A stretch of 62,542 bases of DNA from an uncultured Clostridia bacterium (lineage in GTDB: Bacteria; Bacillota; Clostridia; TANB77; CAG-508), in NCBI GenBank assembly GCA_944392425.1, contig CALXWM010000003.1:1-62542 (forward strand), given 5' to 3'. The position numbers and the translations under genes are program-made. Shown here in pieces: positions 18,312-27,800 of the stretch. Position 1 is the first letter of the stretch, and the number at the start of each line of letters is the position of its first letter. The notes beneath the pieces are model-generated. The model worked only from the letters and a program-made list of their open reading frames with translations. It was not told the origin of the DNA and did no database searches.

Positions 18312-18472
18312 AATAAATAAAATACATTGCACACAAATTTACGGAAAGCCAAAGAGAAAGTTTAAAATCAGTACAAAACATAAGACTTTTCAATTTGTTC
18401 TTGTATAGGAAAAATCAAGTTTTTCCTATGCAAGAAAGAAATAAAAATAGCGAAAAATGGAGGAATAAATTA

Positions 18473-19723
18473 ATGGTTAAAAAATTAATAAAAATTATAA
18501 GTATAATCACATTAATATTTATAATTTCAGTTTTTCCATCATATGCGGATGACGAAAACGAGTTAGAAGAAGTTGTTGTTGAAGAAAATGAAAGAAAAGA
18601 GATAGAAGCGAGTGCAAGCTCAGATTCAAAGCCAACAATAAACTCAAGAAGATATGCTATATATGATAGGTTTTCAGGTAGATGCATATATGGAAAAGAT
18701 GAAAACAAAGAGACTGCCATGGCTTCGACCACAAAAATCATGAGCATTATTATTGTGGTAGAAAAATGCAATTTAAGTGATACTGTAACAATTACTGCAA
18801 AAGCAGCAGGAACAGGAGGATCAAGACTGGGATTGCATACAGATGACAAAATTACTGTAATGGATTTACTTTATGGTTTAATGCTAAGGTCTGGAAATGA
18901 TGCAGCAGTAGCACTTGCAATACACACAGCAGGAAGCATAGAACGATTTGCAGACCTTATGAACCAAAAAGCTGAAGAACTTGGACTAACAAATACACAT
19001 TTTGTAACACCACACGGCTTAGACAATCCAGACCATTACACAACAGCATATGAACTTGCTAAAATAACAGATTACGCACTAAAAAATGAAACTATTGCAA
19101 AAATAGTAAAAACAAAAACCGCAACAATAAATATAAATGGAAGTCCAATGCAAATAAACAATACAAATGAACTACTTGGAAACGTTGATGGAGTATACGG
19201 AGTAAAAACAGGATTTACAAACAATGCAGGAAGATGCTTAGTAACAAGTGTAAAAAGAGGCGACATGGACTTAATCATAGTAGTACTTGGAGCAGATACA
19301 AGAAAAGATAGAGCGAGAGATAGTATAAAATTAATAGAATATGCATATAAAAGATTTTACACAGTAAATGTAGAAGAAATGATATACAAAGAATTTGAAC
19401 TTTGGAAACAAATAAACCAAAATAGAATCTATATAGACAAAGCTGCAAACAGCTTAGAATTAAAACTAGATGAGATACAAATTAAACATTTAGTGGCAGA
19501 TTGCGAACCTACTATAGAAATAAATGCAGTAAGTTTTCTAGAAGCACCAGTTTTAGAAAACGAAAGAATAGGCACAATAACTGTAAAAGTAGGAGATGAA
19601 CTAATAGAAGAAATAGAAATAAAAGCAGAAAAAGAAGTAAAAAAGAGAGGAATATTAGATTATTTTAGTTTAATTGCAAAAATATATGCAGGAAGAATAA
19701 AAATTTTGGGAGAACAAGTATAA
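18473..19723 (+). CDS. D-alanyl-D-alanine carboxypeptidase (PBP5/DacB/DacF family)
   Basis: SxxK (ASTTK), SxN (SGND) and KTG (KTGFT) motifs. Signal peptide from MVKKLIKII. I prefer ATG 18473 (SD ggagga 8 nt upstream) over the ORF-track TTG at 18395. Confidence 0.88.
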   Translation: MVKKLIKIISIITLIFIISVFPSYADDENELEEVVVEENERKEIEASASSDSKPTINSRRYAIYDRFSGRCIYGKDENKETAMASTTKIMSIIIVVEKCNLSDTVTITAKAAGTGGSRLGLHTDDKITVMDLLYGLMLRSGNDAAVALAIHTAGSIERFADLMNQKAEELGLTNTHFVTPHGLDNPDHYTTAYELAKITDYALKNETIAKIVKTKTATININGSPMQINNTNELLGNVDGVYGVKTGFTNNAGRCLVTSVKRGDMDLIIVVLGADTRKDRARDSIKLIEYAYKRFYTVNVEEMIYKEFELWKQINQNRIYIDKAANSLELKLDEIQIKHLVADCEPTIEINAVSFLEAPVLENERIGTITVKVGDELIEEIEIKAEKEVKKRGILDYFSLIAKIYAGRIKILGEQV

Positions 19724-19789
19724 ATTTACTTTCGAAAATTTCATTTGAAATGCAACAAAAATTTGCTAAATAACCACAAAAAATTTATC

Positions 19790-19818
19790 TTGAATTTATT
19801 GCCAAACCGTGGTAAAAT
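19790..19818 (+). promoter_or_regulatory. Candidate sigma-A promoter with extended -10
   Basis: TTGAAT (19790-19795), 17-nt spacer ending in TGg, TAAAAT (19813-19818). Upstream of 19890-20240. Confidence 0.45.
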
Positions 19819-19889
19819 AGATGATAACATGTTTTAATACATGCGTTCGAAGCTGGAGGATTTTTTTACTTAAGTAGGGAGGAAATCAT

Positions 19890-20240
19890 ATGAAAAAACG
19901 GACTGCTATCATTATATTAGTATGTGCAGTTATTTTAACTGCAATTATCCAGGAAGGATTGCACATGGTAGTAAACTATACCACACCAGTCCTTGTCCTA
20001 TCTAGTATTGCCATTTGGTACTCTATACTATGGCTATTAATAGATCTATATCATAGTGTTCGAGGAATGGCATACAACAAAAAGAAACTAGTCAAAGACA
20101 TAATTTTTATCACAATTGACTTGATTGTAATTGTGGCATGGAATTATGCAAGAGCCTATACTACCAGTTGGATTTTAGATGTGACAGTAGGAATACTTTT
20201 TGTTGCATTGACCATTATTAATATGTTCGATGCAGACTAA
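19890..20240 (+). CDS. Small polytopic membrane protein, unknown function
   Basis: SD gggagg. About 4 hydrophobic helices in 116 aa. Visibly less AT-rich than its neighbours. Confidence 0.65.
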   Translation: MKKRTAIIILVCAVILTAIIQEGLHMVVNYTTPVLVLSSIAIWYSILWLLIDLYHSVRGMAYNKKKLVKDIIFITIDLIVIVAWNYARAYTTSWILDVTVGILFVALTIINMFDAD

Positions 20241-20291
20241 TTGAAACAAGATGATGAACAGGAAGAAACTCATAAACACCAGCAAAAAACA

Positions 20292-20322
20292 CCCCATAAC
20301 TTTTAAAGTTATGGGGCGTTTT
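20292..20322. terminator. Bidirectional rho-independent terminator
   Basis: ccccataact (20292-20301) pairs with agttatgggg (20307-20316). T run on the plus strand and an A run upstream, so it can also serve the minus-strand tRNAs. Confidence 0.75.
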
Positions 20323-20396
20323 TGGAGGCGACACCCGGATTCGAACCGGGGATCAGAGTTTTGCAGACTCGTGCCTTACCACTTGGCTATATCGCC
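20323..20396 (-). tRNA. tRNA-Cys (anticodon GCA)
   Basis: The reverse complement reads ggcgatat...cgagtctGCAaaac...ggttcgaatccgggtgtcgcctcca. Cloverleaf arms present, encoded CCA, 74 nt. Confidence 0.9.
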
Positions 20397-20498
20397 GTTT
20401 ATAAATTATATGAAAAATTAAATAAAAAAGTACTAAAAGTGCTTAATAAAATTAAAAATATTTGTTCAAATGAATAAACAAATATTTTTGATTTTTTA

Positions 20499-20574
20499 TG
20501 GAGCGGGAAGCGGGGCTCAAACCCGTGACCTTCGCCTTGGCAAGGCGACGCTCTATCAACTGAGCTATTCCCGC
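20499..20574 (-). tRNA. tRNA-Gly (anticodon GCC)
   Basis: The reverse complement is gcgggaatagctcagttgatagagcgtcgccttGCCaaggcgaaggtcacgggtttgagccccgcttcccgctcca. 76 nt with CCA. One apparent A-C mismatch at the base of the T stem. Confidence 0.85.
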
Positions 20575-20589
20575 ATGAGTACGTTATTT

Positions 20590-20618
20590 ATAATATCAAA
20601 TAATTGATAAAAAGTCAA
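20590..20618 (-). promoter_or_regulatory. Candidate sigma-A promoter for the tRNA-Gly/tRNA-Cys transcript
   Basis: Minus strand reads TTGACT (20618-20613), 17 nt, TATTAT (20595-20590). About 15 nt upstream of the tRNA-Gly 5' end. Confidence 0.55.
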
Positions 20619-20766
20619 GAGATTTTTTGTACTTTTACCCAATTTTCTTAAAATCCCCAATAATCCAGTTGAATCAAGAATAAAATCCACTAAATTACAA
20701 ATAATAGCAAATATAAATTTCCACAAATTGTAACATAAATTTAATATAAATAAATCCTTTAAATTA

Positions 20767-20795
20767 TTGATTTTACATGAATTTTATAATATAAT
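20767..20795 (+). promoter_or_regulatory. Candidate sigma-A promoter of thioester adhesin 1
   Basis: TTGATT (20767-20772), 17 nt, TATAAT (20790-20795). Confidence 0.35.
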
Positions 20796-20832
20796 GTAAA
20801 TTGTATAAAAATATGTAAAGAGAGGTCGAATT

Positions 20833-23800
20833 ATGATAAAAAAATTAGGAATAATTATAAGTATCATATTAATTACTGTTTTAACATTAACTACAAGTAG
20901 TTTTGCCGTTAGTGATGCTAATGGTATTTACTTGGGATTAAGAGAAAATTCTACAAAAAGAGAAACAGGAAAATATACTTTCAATTCAAAAGATGTATTT
21001 AAAATAGTACAATATAATAATAGTACTGGTTCAACTTTAATAGATAATTCAATTTACTGTATAAAAGCAGGACCAGGATTTGGATCAGAATCATATCAAA
21101 ATACAATAATAAATTATACACAATATTTTAATATAAAAAATCCAGATGCAATAGAATCTCCATACAGAGAGCAACTACCAACAGATCCTACAACATACAA
21201 TGAACTAGTGTGGGTATTGGATCATTTATATATACCTGCAAAAGAAGGTGCAACTTCAGATGAAATAGCTTTAGCAAACGAGTCAAGAGAAAACTTGCTA
21301 AATAATGCAGGAGTTTCAGAAGATAGTTTCTTAAGAGATACAGCAACATATGGCGCAGAAATTGAAGACATATTAGAGTGTATTCAACAAATTGCAATTT
21401 GGTATTTTACAAATCCAGAAGGAGATCAATATCATAATAATTCAACAGAAACTGTTGAAATAGCTGTTGACGGTATAAGTTTAGGGGATAAATATCATTT
21501 AGATTTAGTAGATAACGAAATTGATCAAATTTACAGCTATTTGGTACAAGGAGCTATAGATGCTGTACAAGGTGGATACACATATGAAGATTCTAATGGA
21601 AGTACATCACCAATAAATTTTGTTAAAGATGGTGCAACTTTAACAATGGAAAATTCGAACTATATACTTGGACCATACAAAATTGAAGAATTAACAAATA
21701 CAGATTATACACTAAGTGCAGAATTATACAGCGATTCAGGAACTATAGCAAATGCCACTGTACTTGATTCAAACAAACAAGAAGTACAAACAGGAAATAC
21801 TTTGGCAGAAAAAATACAATCAACAGTAGGAAATAACTTTTACATTAGAGTGCCTATATCATCAAATATTAGTTCTGCTACATTAAAAATAGGTGCTGAA
21901 TATTATAATACAGTGCAAACTTTTTGGTCAGTAGGTGCAAACAATTTGGCTTATAATCAACCTGTTGTAATAGTTTCAAGAGATAAACAAAAATATGAAG
22001 ATGCAGTAACAATTCAAATAACAAATCCAGAATTTGATTTAGCACTTAGAAAATTTATTACATCAATAAATGGTGCACAAGTAGAGAAAAGTCGTGAACC
22101 AGTAATTTTACAAGATGATTTAAGGGCTTTAGCAACAGGAACAGCGAACTTTGACAATGGTACAACAACAAATAAAACTCATACTAAAACACCTTTACTT
22201 GTAGAAAAGGATGATAAAGTAATTTATACAATAAGAATATACAATGAAGGTGATATAGATGGTTATGCAGATACTATAGTAGATTACTTACCAGATGGAT
22301 TAGAATTAGTTGATCCAAGCGAAAGTACTACTAATAGCAGATATGGATGGCAAGTAGTTAGTCCAGACAATGGAACTACAAGAACAATGGTATCAACAGA
22401 CTACTTAAAAGATACATTAATTTCTGCATTTGATAAAGATCCAGAAAACGGTGTTTATTCAATAGATTATGTGGATGTACAAATAGAATGTAGAGTTACA
22501 AAATCACCAGCAGAACAAGACGTTTCATTAAAAAATGTTGCTGAAATTGAAAAAGCACATGATGTTACAGGAGCAGAAGTAGATAGAGATTCAACACCTT
22601 CAGATTTAACAGGAGATCAGGTTGATAATTATTTACCAGGTACATCAGAAGAGGGCAAAGGCTATGAAGATGATGATGATTACGAAGAGTTAATCATGCT
22701 TGGCAAATATTTTGATCTTTCACTTAGAAAATTTATTACTGCAGTAAATGACAGAGAAATAACAAATAGAGTTCCAGAAGTTGATGTAACTCCATTGCTT
22801 TCAGGAGAAACTACAGCAAATTATAATCACACAAAAAATCCTGTAAGTGTTGAAGTAGGAGACATTGTAACTTATACAATAAGAGTATACAATGAAGGTC
22901 AAGTAGATGGATATGTAGATGAAATAGTAGATCATTTACCTCCATATTTAGAATTTATAGTAGATGATGAACTAAATGCACAATATGGTTGGATAATAGA
23001 TCCATCAGACGAAACTCAAAGAACACTTAGAACTAATATATTGTCTAGAGAAAATGATATTGAAAACATTATTCCAGCATTTGATACAAATTCAAATGAA
23101 CTAAGTTACAAAGAAGTAAAAATAAGATGTAGAGTTGTAAATACAGCTCCAACATTAACAAATATAACAAATATTGCAGAAATAACTGAATACAGCAATG
23201 AATCTAATTTAACAGATAGAGATAATGTTAGAGATGTAGTTTTACCATCAGATGACGACCTACCAAGTTATAAAGATGATGAAATAAATTCAGGAATAGA
23301 ATATATACCAGGTCAAGAAGATGACGATGACTTCGAAAAAGTTATATTACAAAAATTTGATTTAGCGTTAAGAAAATTCATTACTGGAGTAAATGATGAA
23401 GAAATAACAAATAGAGAACCTGAAGTTGACACAAGTAAATATGGTACGACAGACGAAAATGGAAATTTAATTACAAATTTCACATATAATCATACAAAAG
23501 ATCCTGTAAGAGTATGTCAAAATGATGTTGTTATATATACAATAAGAGTATACAACGAAGGCACAATGTCAGGTTATGCGGAACAAATAAAAGATGATAT
23601 CCCAGAAGGATTAGAGTTTTTACCAGAAAACAATGTTAACCAAGAATATAGATGGGTAATGTTAGATGCAGAAGGTAATGTAACTCAAGATGTAAATAAT
23701 GCAGTAAATATTGTAACAGATTACTTATCTAAAGCAAACGAAACAACAGAAGGCGAAAATTTATTGCAAGCATATAATAGCGAAACAATGGACGGACCAG

Positions 23801-24603
23801 ATTACAGAGATGTTAGAGTAGCCTTTAGAGTTACAGAGCCAAATACTTCAGATAGAATTATAATAAATCAAGCACAAATAAGTGAAGATAAAGATGAAGA
23901 AGGCGAAGACGTAACAGACATAGACTCTACTCCAGACGAATGGATAGATGGCGAAGATGACCAAGACATAGAAAAAATATATGTACAATATTTTGATTTA
24001 GCATTAAGAAAATGGGTTAGTCAAGTAATTCTAATAGAAGATGGAACAGAAAAAGTAAAAGACACAGGACATTATGCAGAACAAGATCCAGAACCAGTAG
24101 TAAGAGTAGACTTAAATCAAAACAGAATAGATAATACAATAATAAAATTCAAATACCAAATAAGAATAACAAACGAAGGTGAAATACCTGGTTATGCAAC
24201 AGAAATATCAGACTACATTCCAGAAGGATTAGAGTTTAATCAAGCAGATAACCCATTATGGAGAGAGGTAGAAGGAAAAATAGTAACAGACCAATTAAAA
24301 GACACATTATTACAACCAGGAGAATCTGCAACGGTAGAAGTTATACTAACATGGATAAATGATGAAGAAAATATGGGTGTTATGATAAACACAGCAGAAA
24401 TAAGTGAAGACTACAATGAAAGCGATACACCAGACATAGACTCAACTCCAAATAACAAAGTACCAGGAGAAGACGACATAGATGACGCACCAGTAGCATT
24501 AACAATGGTAACAGGTAGTGCACCACTATATATTGGCTTAACAGCCGGAACACTTGCTATAATAGCAGGAGGAGTATTCTTAATAAAGAAATATGTAATT
24601 TAA
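20833..24603 (+). CDS. Thioester-domain surface adhesin 1 (TED plus 4 DUF11-like repeats plus C-terminal TM anchor)
   Basis: Signal peptide. YC(I) with Cys76 (21058-21060) and QQIAIW with Gln186 (21388-21390) match the Cys/TQxA(I/V)W thioester signature. Four repeats start FDL(A/S)LRK(F/W), separated by acidic D.DSTP...EDD.D linkers. Hydrophobic C-terminus plus KKYVI. Confidence 0.7.
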   Translation: MIKKLGIIISIILITVLTLTTSSFAVSDANGIYLGLRENSTKRETGKYTFNSKDVFKIVQYNNSTGSTLIDNSIYCIKAGPGFGSESYQNTIINYTQYFNIKNPDAIESPYREQLPTDPTTYNELVWVLDHLYIPAKEGATSDEIALANESRENLLNNAGVSEDSFLRDTATYGAEIEDILECIQQIAIWYFTNPEGDQYHNNSTETVEIAVDGISLGDKYHLDLVDNEIDQIYSYLVQGAIDAVQGGYTYEDSNGSTSPINFVKDGATLTMENSNYILGPYKIEELTNTDYTLSAELYSDSGTIANATVLDSNKQEVQTGNTLAEKIQSTVGNNFYIRVPISSNISSATLKIGAEYYNTVQTFWSVGANNLAYNQPVVIVSRDKQKYEDAVTIQITNPEFDLALRKFITSINGAQVEKSREPVILQDDLRALATGTANFDNGTTTNKTHTKTPLLVEKDDKVIYTIRIYNEGDIDGYADTIVDYLPDGLELVDPSESTTNSRYGWQVVSPDNGTTRTMVSTDYLKDTLISAFDKDPENGVYSIDYVDVQIECRVTKSPAEQDVSLKNVAEIEKAHDVTGAEVDRDSTPSDLTGDQVDNYLPGTSEEGKGYEDDDDYEELIMLGKYFDLSLRKFITAVNDREITNRVPEVDVTPLLSGETTANYNHTKNPVSVEVGDIVTYTIRVYNEGQVDGYVDEIVDHLPPYLEFIVDDELNAQYGWIIDPSDETQRTLRTNILSRENDIENIIPAFDTNSNELSYKEVKIRCRVVNTAPTLTNITNIAEITEYSNESNLTDRDNVRDVVLPSDDDLPSYKDDEINSGIEYIPGQEDDDDFEKVILQKFDLALRKFITGVNDEEITNREPEVDTSKYGTTDENGNLITNFTYNHTKDPVRVCQNDVVIYTIRVYNEGTMSGYAEQIKDDIPEGLEFLPENNVNQEYRWVMLDAEGNVTQDVNNAVNIVTDYLSKANETTEGENLLQAYNSETMDGPDYRDVRVAFRVTEPNTSDRIIINQAQISEDKDEEGEDVTDIDSTPDEWIDGEDDQDIEKIYVQYFDLALRKWVSQVILIEDGTEKVKDTGHYAEQDPEPVVRVDLNQNRIDNTIIKFKYQIRITNEGEIPGYATEISDYIPEGLEFNQADNPLWREVEGKIVTDQLKDTLLQPGESATVEVILTWINDEENMGVMINTAEISEDYNESDTPDIDSTPNNKVPGEDDIDDAPVALTMVTGSAPLYIGLTAGTLAIIAGGVFLIKKYVI

Positions 24604-24637
24604 TAATTTAAATCAGGGACGGTCCTTAAATGAAATA

Positions 24638-24712
24638 TTTTACGATGGGACGGTCCTTTTTGTAAGCAAATTATTTTTTACAAAAAGGACCGTCCCCATC
24701 GTAAAATTTTTT
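24638..24712 (+). terminator. Long hairpin terminator containing GGGACGGTCC motifs
   Basis: ttttacgatgggacggtcctttttgt (24638-24663) pairs with acaaaaaggaccgtccccatcgtaaaa (24680-24706) with a one-C bulge, then T6. An extra GGGACGGTCC copy lies at 24616-24625. Confidence 0.75.
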
Positions 24713-24849
24713 GCTAAAAATGTTGAAAAAAACATCTTCTTGATATATAGTATAATATAAGTAAAAATGTCAAAAAATAACTTATGAATTTGAATGCAAA
24801 ATTGACAAATAATAGATGATAAAAGGAAAAAATTAAAGGAGTAAAAATA

Positions 24850-27800
24850 GTGAAACAAAAAACTATAATTGGAATAATAATAACTGTAATGTTTTTATTT
24901 TGTGGCCTAAGTATATCAAATGGCGAAACGGGGTCTATATATTTGGGCTTAAAAGGTAAGTCAACATCAAGAGAAACGGGAACATATGAGTTTAATCACA
25001 AAGCTGTATTTAAAATAGTAAAAAATAACCAAGGTGGCACAGTAGAAAATGATGATGGAACAGTTATTTATTGTCTAAAGGGAGGACCTGGATTCGGTTC
25101 AGAATCATATGACAACAGTGCTGTTAATTACACTCAATATTTTGATATAAAAAATCCGGACTCAATTACAGGAGCATATAGAAGTCAGTTGCCAAGCGAT
25201 ATGACAACATATAATGAACTCGTATGGGTTTTAGAACATATATATAACCCTGACAATGAAAGTATGGACCAATACCTTGAAAGAGTTGGAATATTGTCAG
25301 GGAGTAAATTTAGAAATGGAACAATACCAACTAATGAAGTAAAAGATATAGTGGAAGTTATAGAGCAGGTGGCAATATGGTATTTTACAAATCCAGATGG
25401 AGAATATCACAATCAATATACAGATGCATTAGAATTAGAAGTAGATGGACAAAACTTAACAGATAAATATGGTTTAGATTTAGTAGATGGAGAGATAGAT
25501 ACTATTTATAGCTATTTTGTTGAAGGAGCAATAAATGCTGTAACGAATGAAGGATATACCTATGAAACTAACACAGTAAATCCAGTAGCATTAAATTCAA
25601 GTTTAGCGACAGCAAAAATACAAGAAAATAACTATATAATAGGACCTTACACATTAGAAAAAAATAATGATACATCATATACTTTATCTGCAACAGTTAC
25701 AAACGGAACAAGCGATTTGTCAAATGTACAAATATTAAACCAAAATATGCAAGAAGTTACAACGGGAAGCACTTTGGGAGATAAAATTAATTCAACTATC
25801 GGAAACAATTTTTACATTTCATTACCTATAAATACTAATGTGGAAAACGTAAAATTAACTATTTCCGTAAGTACACAGGTTACAACACCAATAATGTGGA
25901 CAGTAGGAGAAAATGAATTAGCTATAAATCAACCAGTCGTAATGATAGATACAGTAAATAAAAACTATTCTAGTAGTTCAGAAGTAACATTACCAAAACC
26001 TACGGGTTCTTATAATCTAGAAATTTTAAAACAAGATGCTTCAAGTAAAAATCCTTTAGTAGATGCAGTATTTAATATAAGCATAAATAATGGAGAATCA
26101 GCACCATATAAAACAAATTCAAATGGAATAATAACAATAGATGGAATAAATATAACAGATATAACGAGTAATGATACAATAACAATAACAGAAATAACAG
26201 CCCCAAATGGATATGTTTTAAACAATACACCAATAACACTTACAATAACCAAAACATTACAAAATGGAAAATATGTAGCTAGTAGTGTTAGCTCAAATAT
26301 AAATGGTGGATTGGTTGAAAATGGTAGCGTTAAAATAACAACTGGCTCTAATGGAGTAAATACAGTTAATATTATAATAAATAATTCGAATATAACAGGA
26401 GCATATAATCTTAAACTTGTAAAAAAGGATAGACAGGGACAGAATTTACTTGCAAAAGCAGTTTTTAGCATAAGAATTAATAATGGAGAAGTGCAACAAT
26501 ACACAACAAATAAAAGCGGAGAAATAAATATAAACAATATACCAATATCTCAAATTACTACAAGTGATACAATAACAATAACAGAAATAACAGCACCAGA
26601 TGGATATGTGCTAAATAATACACCTATAACCTTAACAATAACAAAAGCAGAAAATGGTGGCAAATATGTTGTAGATACAGTCAGAGTAAATCCAAATGCC
26701 TCTAACTTTATAGAACAAGGAAGTGTTAGCGTTTCAAAAGATGAATCTGGAATAAATACTGTTAATATAGCTTTACTTAATACAAAAATCGAGGGCTCAT
26801 ATAATTTTAAAATAATTAAAGAGGATATGATTACGGGTGAAACTCTTGGGGGAGCAATATTTGGTGTAAAAGTAAATGACCAACCAGAAACACAAGTAGA
26901 AACAGATGAAAACGGAGAAATATCTATAAATGACATAGCAATTACAAATACAACTACTCCAGATATTATAACAATAAGAGAAATACAGCCACCAGATGAA
27001 TACTCATCATTTGAAGGAACAATAACATTAACTATAGAGAAAACAGAGAACAATGGTAAATATACAGTAAGTAATGTAAATGCAAGCTTAGAAGATGGAA
27101 CAGAGTATGAAGATTTAGAGATAGTAAATGATGGCGGAAACATAACAGTACAAGTAACAGTACCAAATGAAAAAATCGAGGGCTCATATAATTTAAAAAT
27201 AATTAAACAAGATGAAAATGACGCTAATAAAAAATTGCAGGGTGCAGTATTTAATGTAAATGTAGAAAGAGTATTGCCTGACTCCATAGAGGATAATAGT
27301 GAAACAAGTAGAACAAATAATAATTATACAACAGATGCAAACGGAGAAATAAATATCACAAACCCTATATATGGTGAAGAAGAGCATTATCGTTTAACAA
27401 TTACAGAAACAACACCACCAACAGGATATGATAGCACATTAACAGAACCAATAATAATAGATGTATATACAGCTGTACAAGATGAAAAATATATACTTGG
27501 AAATGTAACTGCAAGTCCAAAAGACACAAATTGGGCATTTGATGAAGAAACAAATACAATAACAATAACTATTACAAACAAAAAGAAACCATTTGACTTA
27601 GCACTAAGAAAATATATAACAAGCATAAATGATGAGAAAATATCACCAAGTCGTGAACCACAAATAAGTGAAGATGAAGAACAAGCAGTTGCAGATGAAA
27701 ATGCTACATTTGATGATGGAACAACAGCAGAAAAAAAGCATATAAAAACACCATTGATAGTACAAACAGGAGATATAGTAAGATATACAATAAGAATATA

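Noticed and set aside
18395-18472. ORF-track N-terminal extensions: 18395 for the carboxypeptidase, and likewise 44173, 59750 and 60125 for the kinase, SASP and rpsT.
   Set aside because: In each case a downstream ATG has a properly spaced SD and yields the canonical N-terminus (signal peptide, MANSNSN..., MPNIKSAIKR...). The upstream starts overlap or precede the SD.
736-20322. Calling the whole left region an integrative conjugative element or prophage.
   Set aside because: No integrase, relaxase, coupling protein, excisionase, phage structural gene or att-like direct repeat is visible in the window. I therefore describe it only as a T4SS-like module with a possible tRNA-side boundary.
20640-20832. 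c-di-GMP riboswitch (GEMM-type) upstream of the adhesin genes. I also checked 24604-24849 and 36841-37031.
   Set aside because: I could not see the conserved GEMM-I or GEMM-II core sequences or paired-helix layout. The GGGACGG units at 24616-24712 lie 3' of the gene and form a simple hairpin. A covariance-model scan would be needed to exclude it formally.
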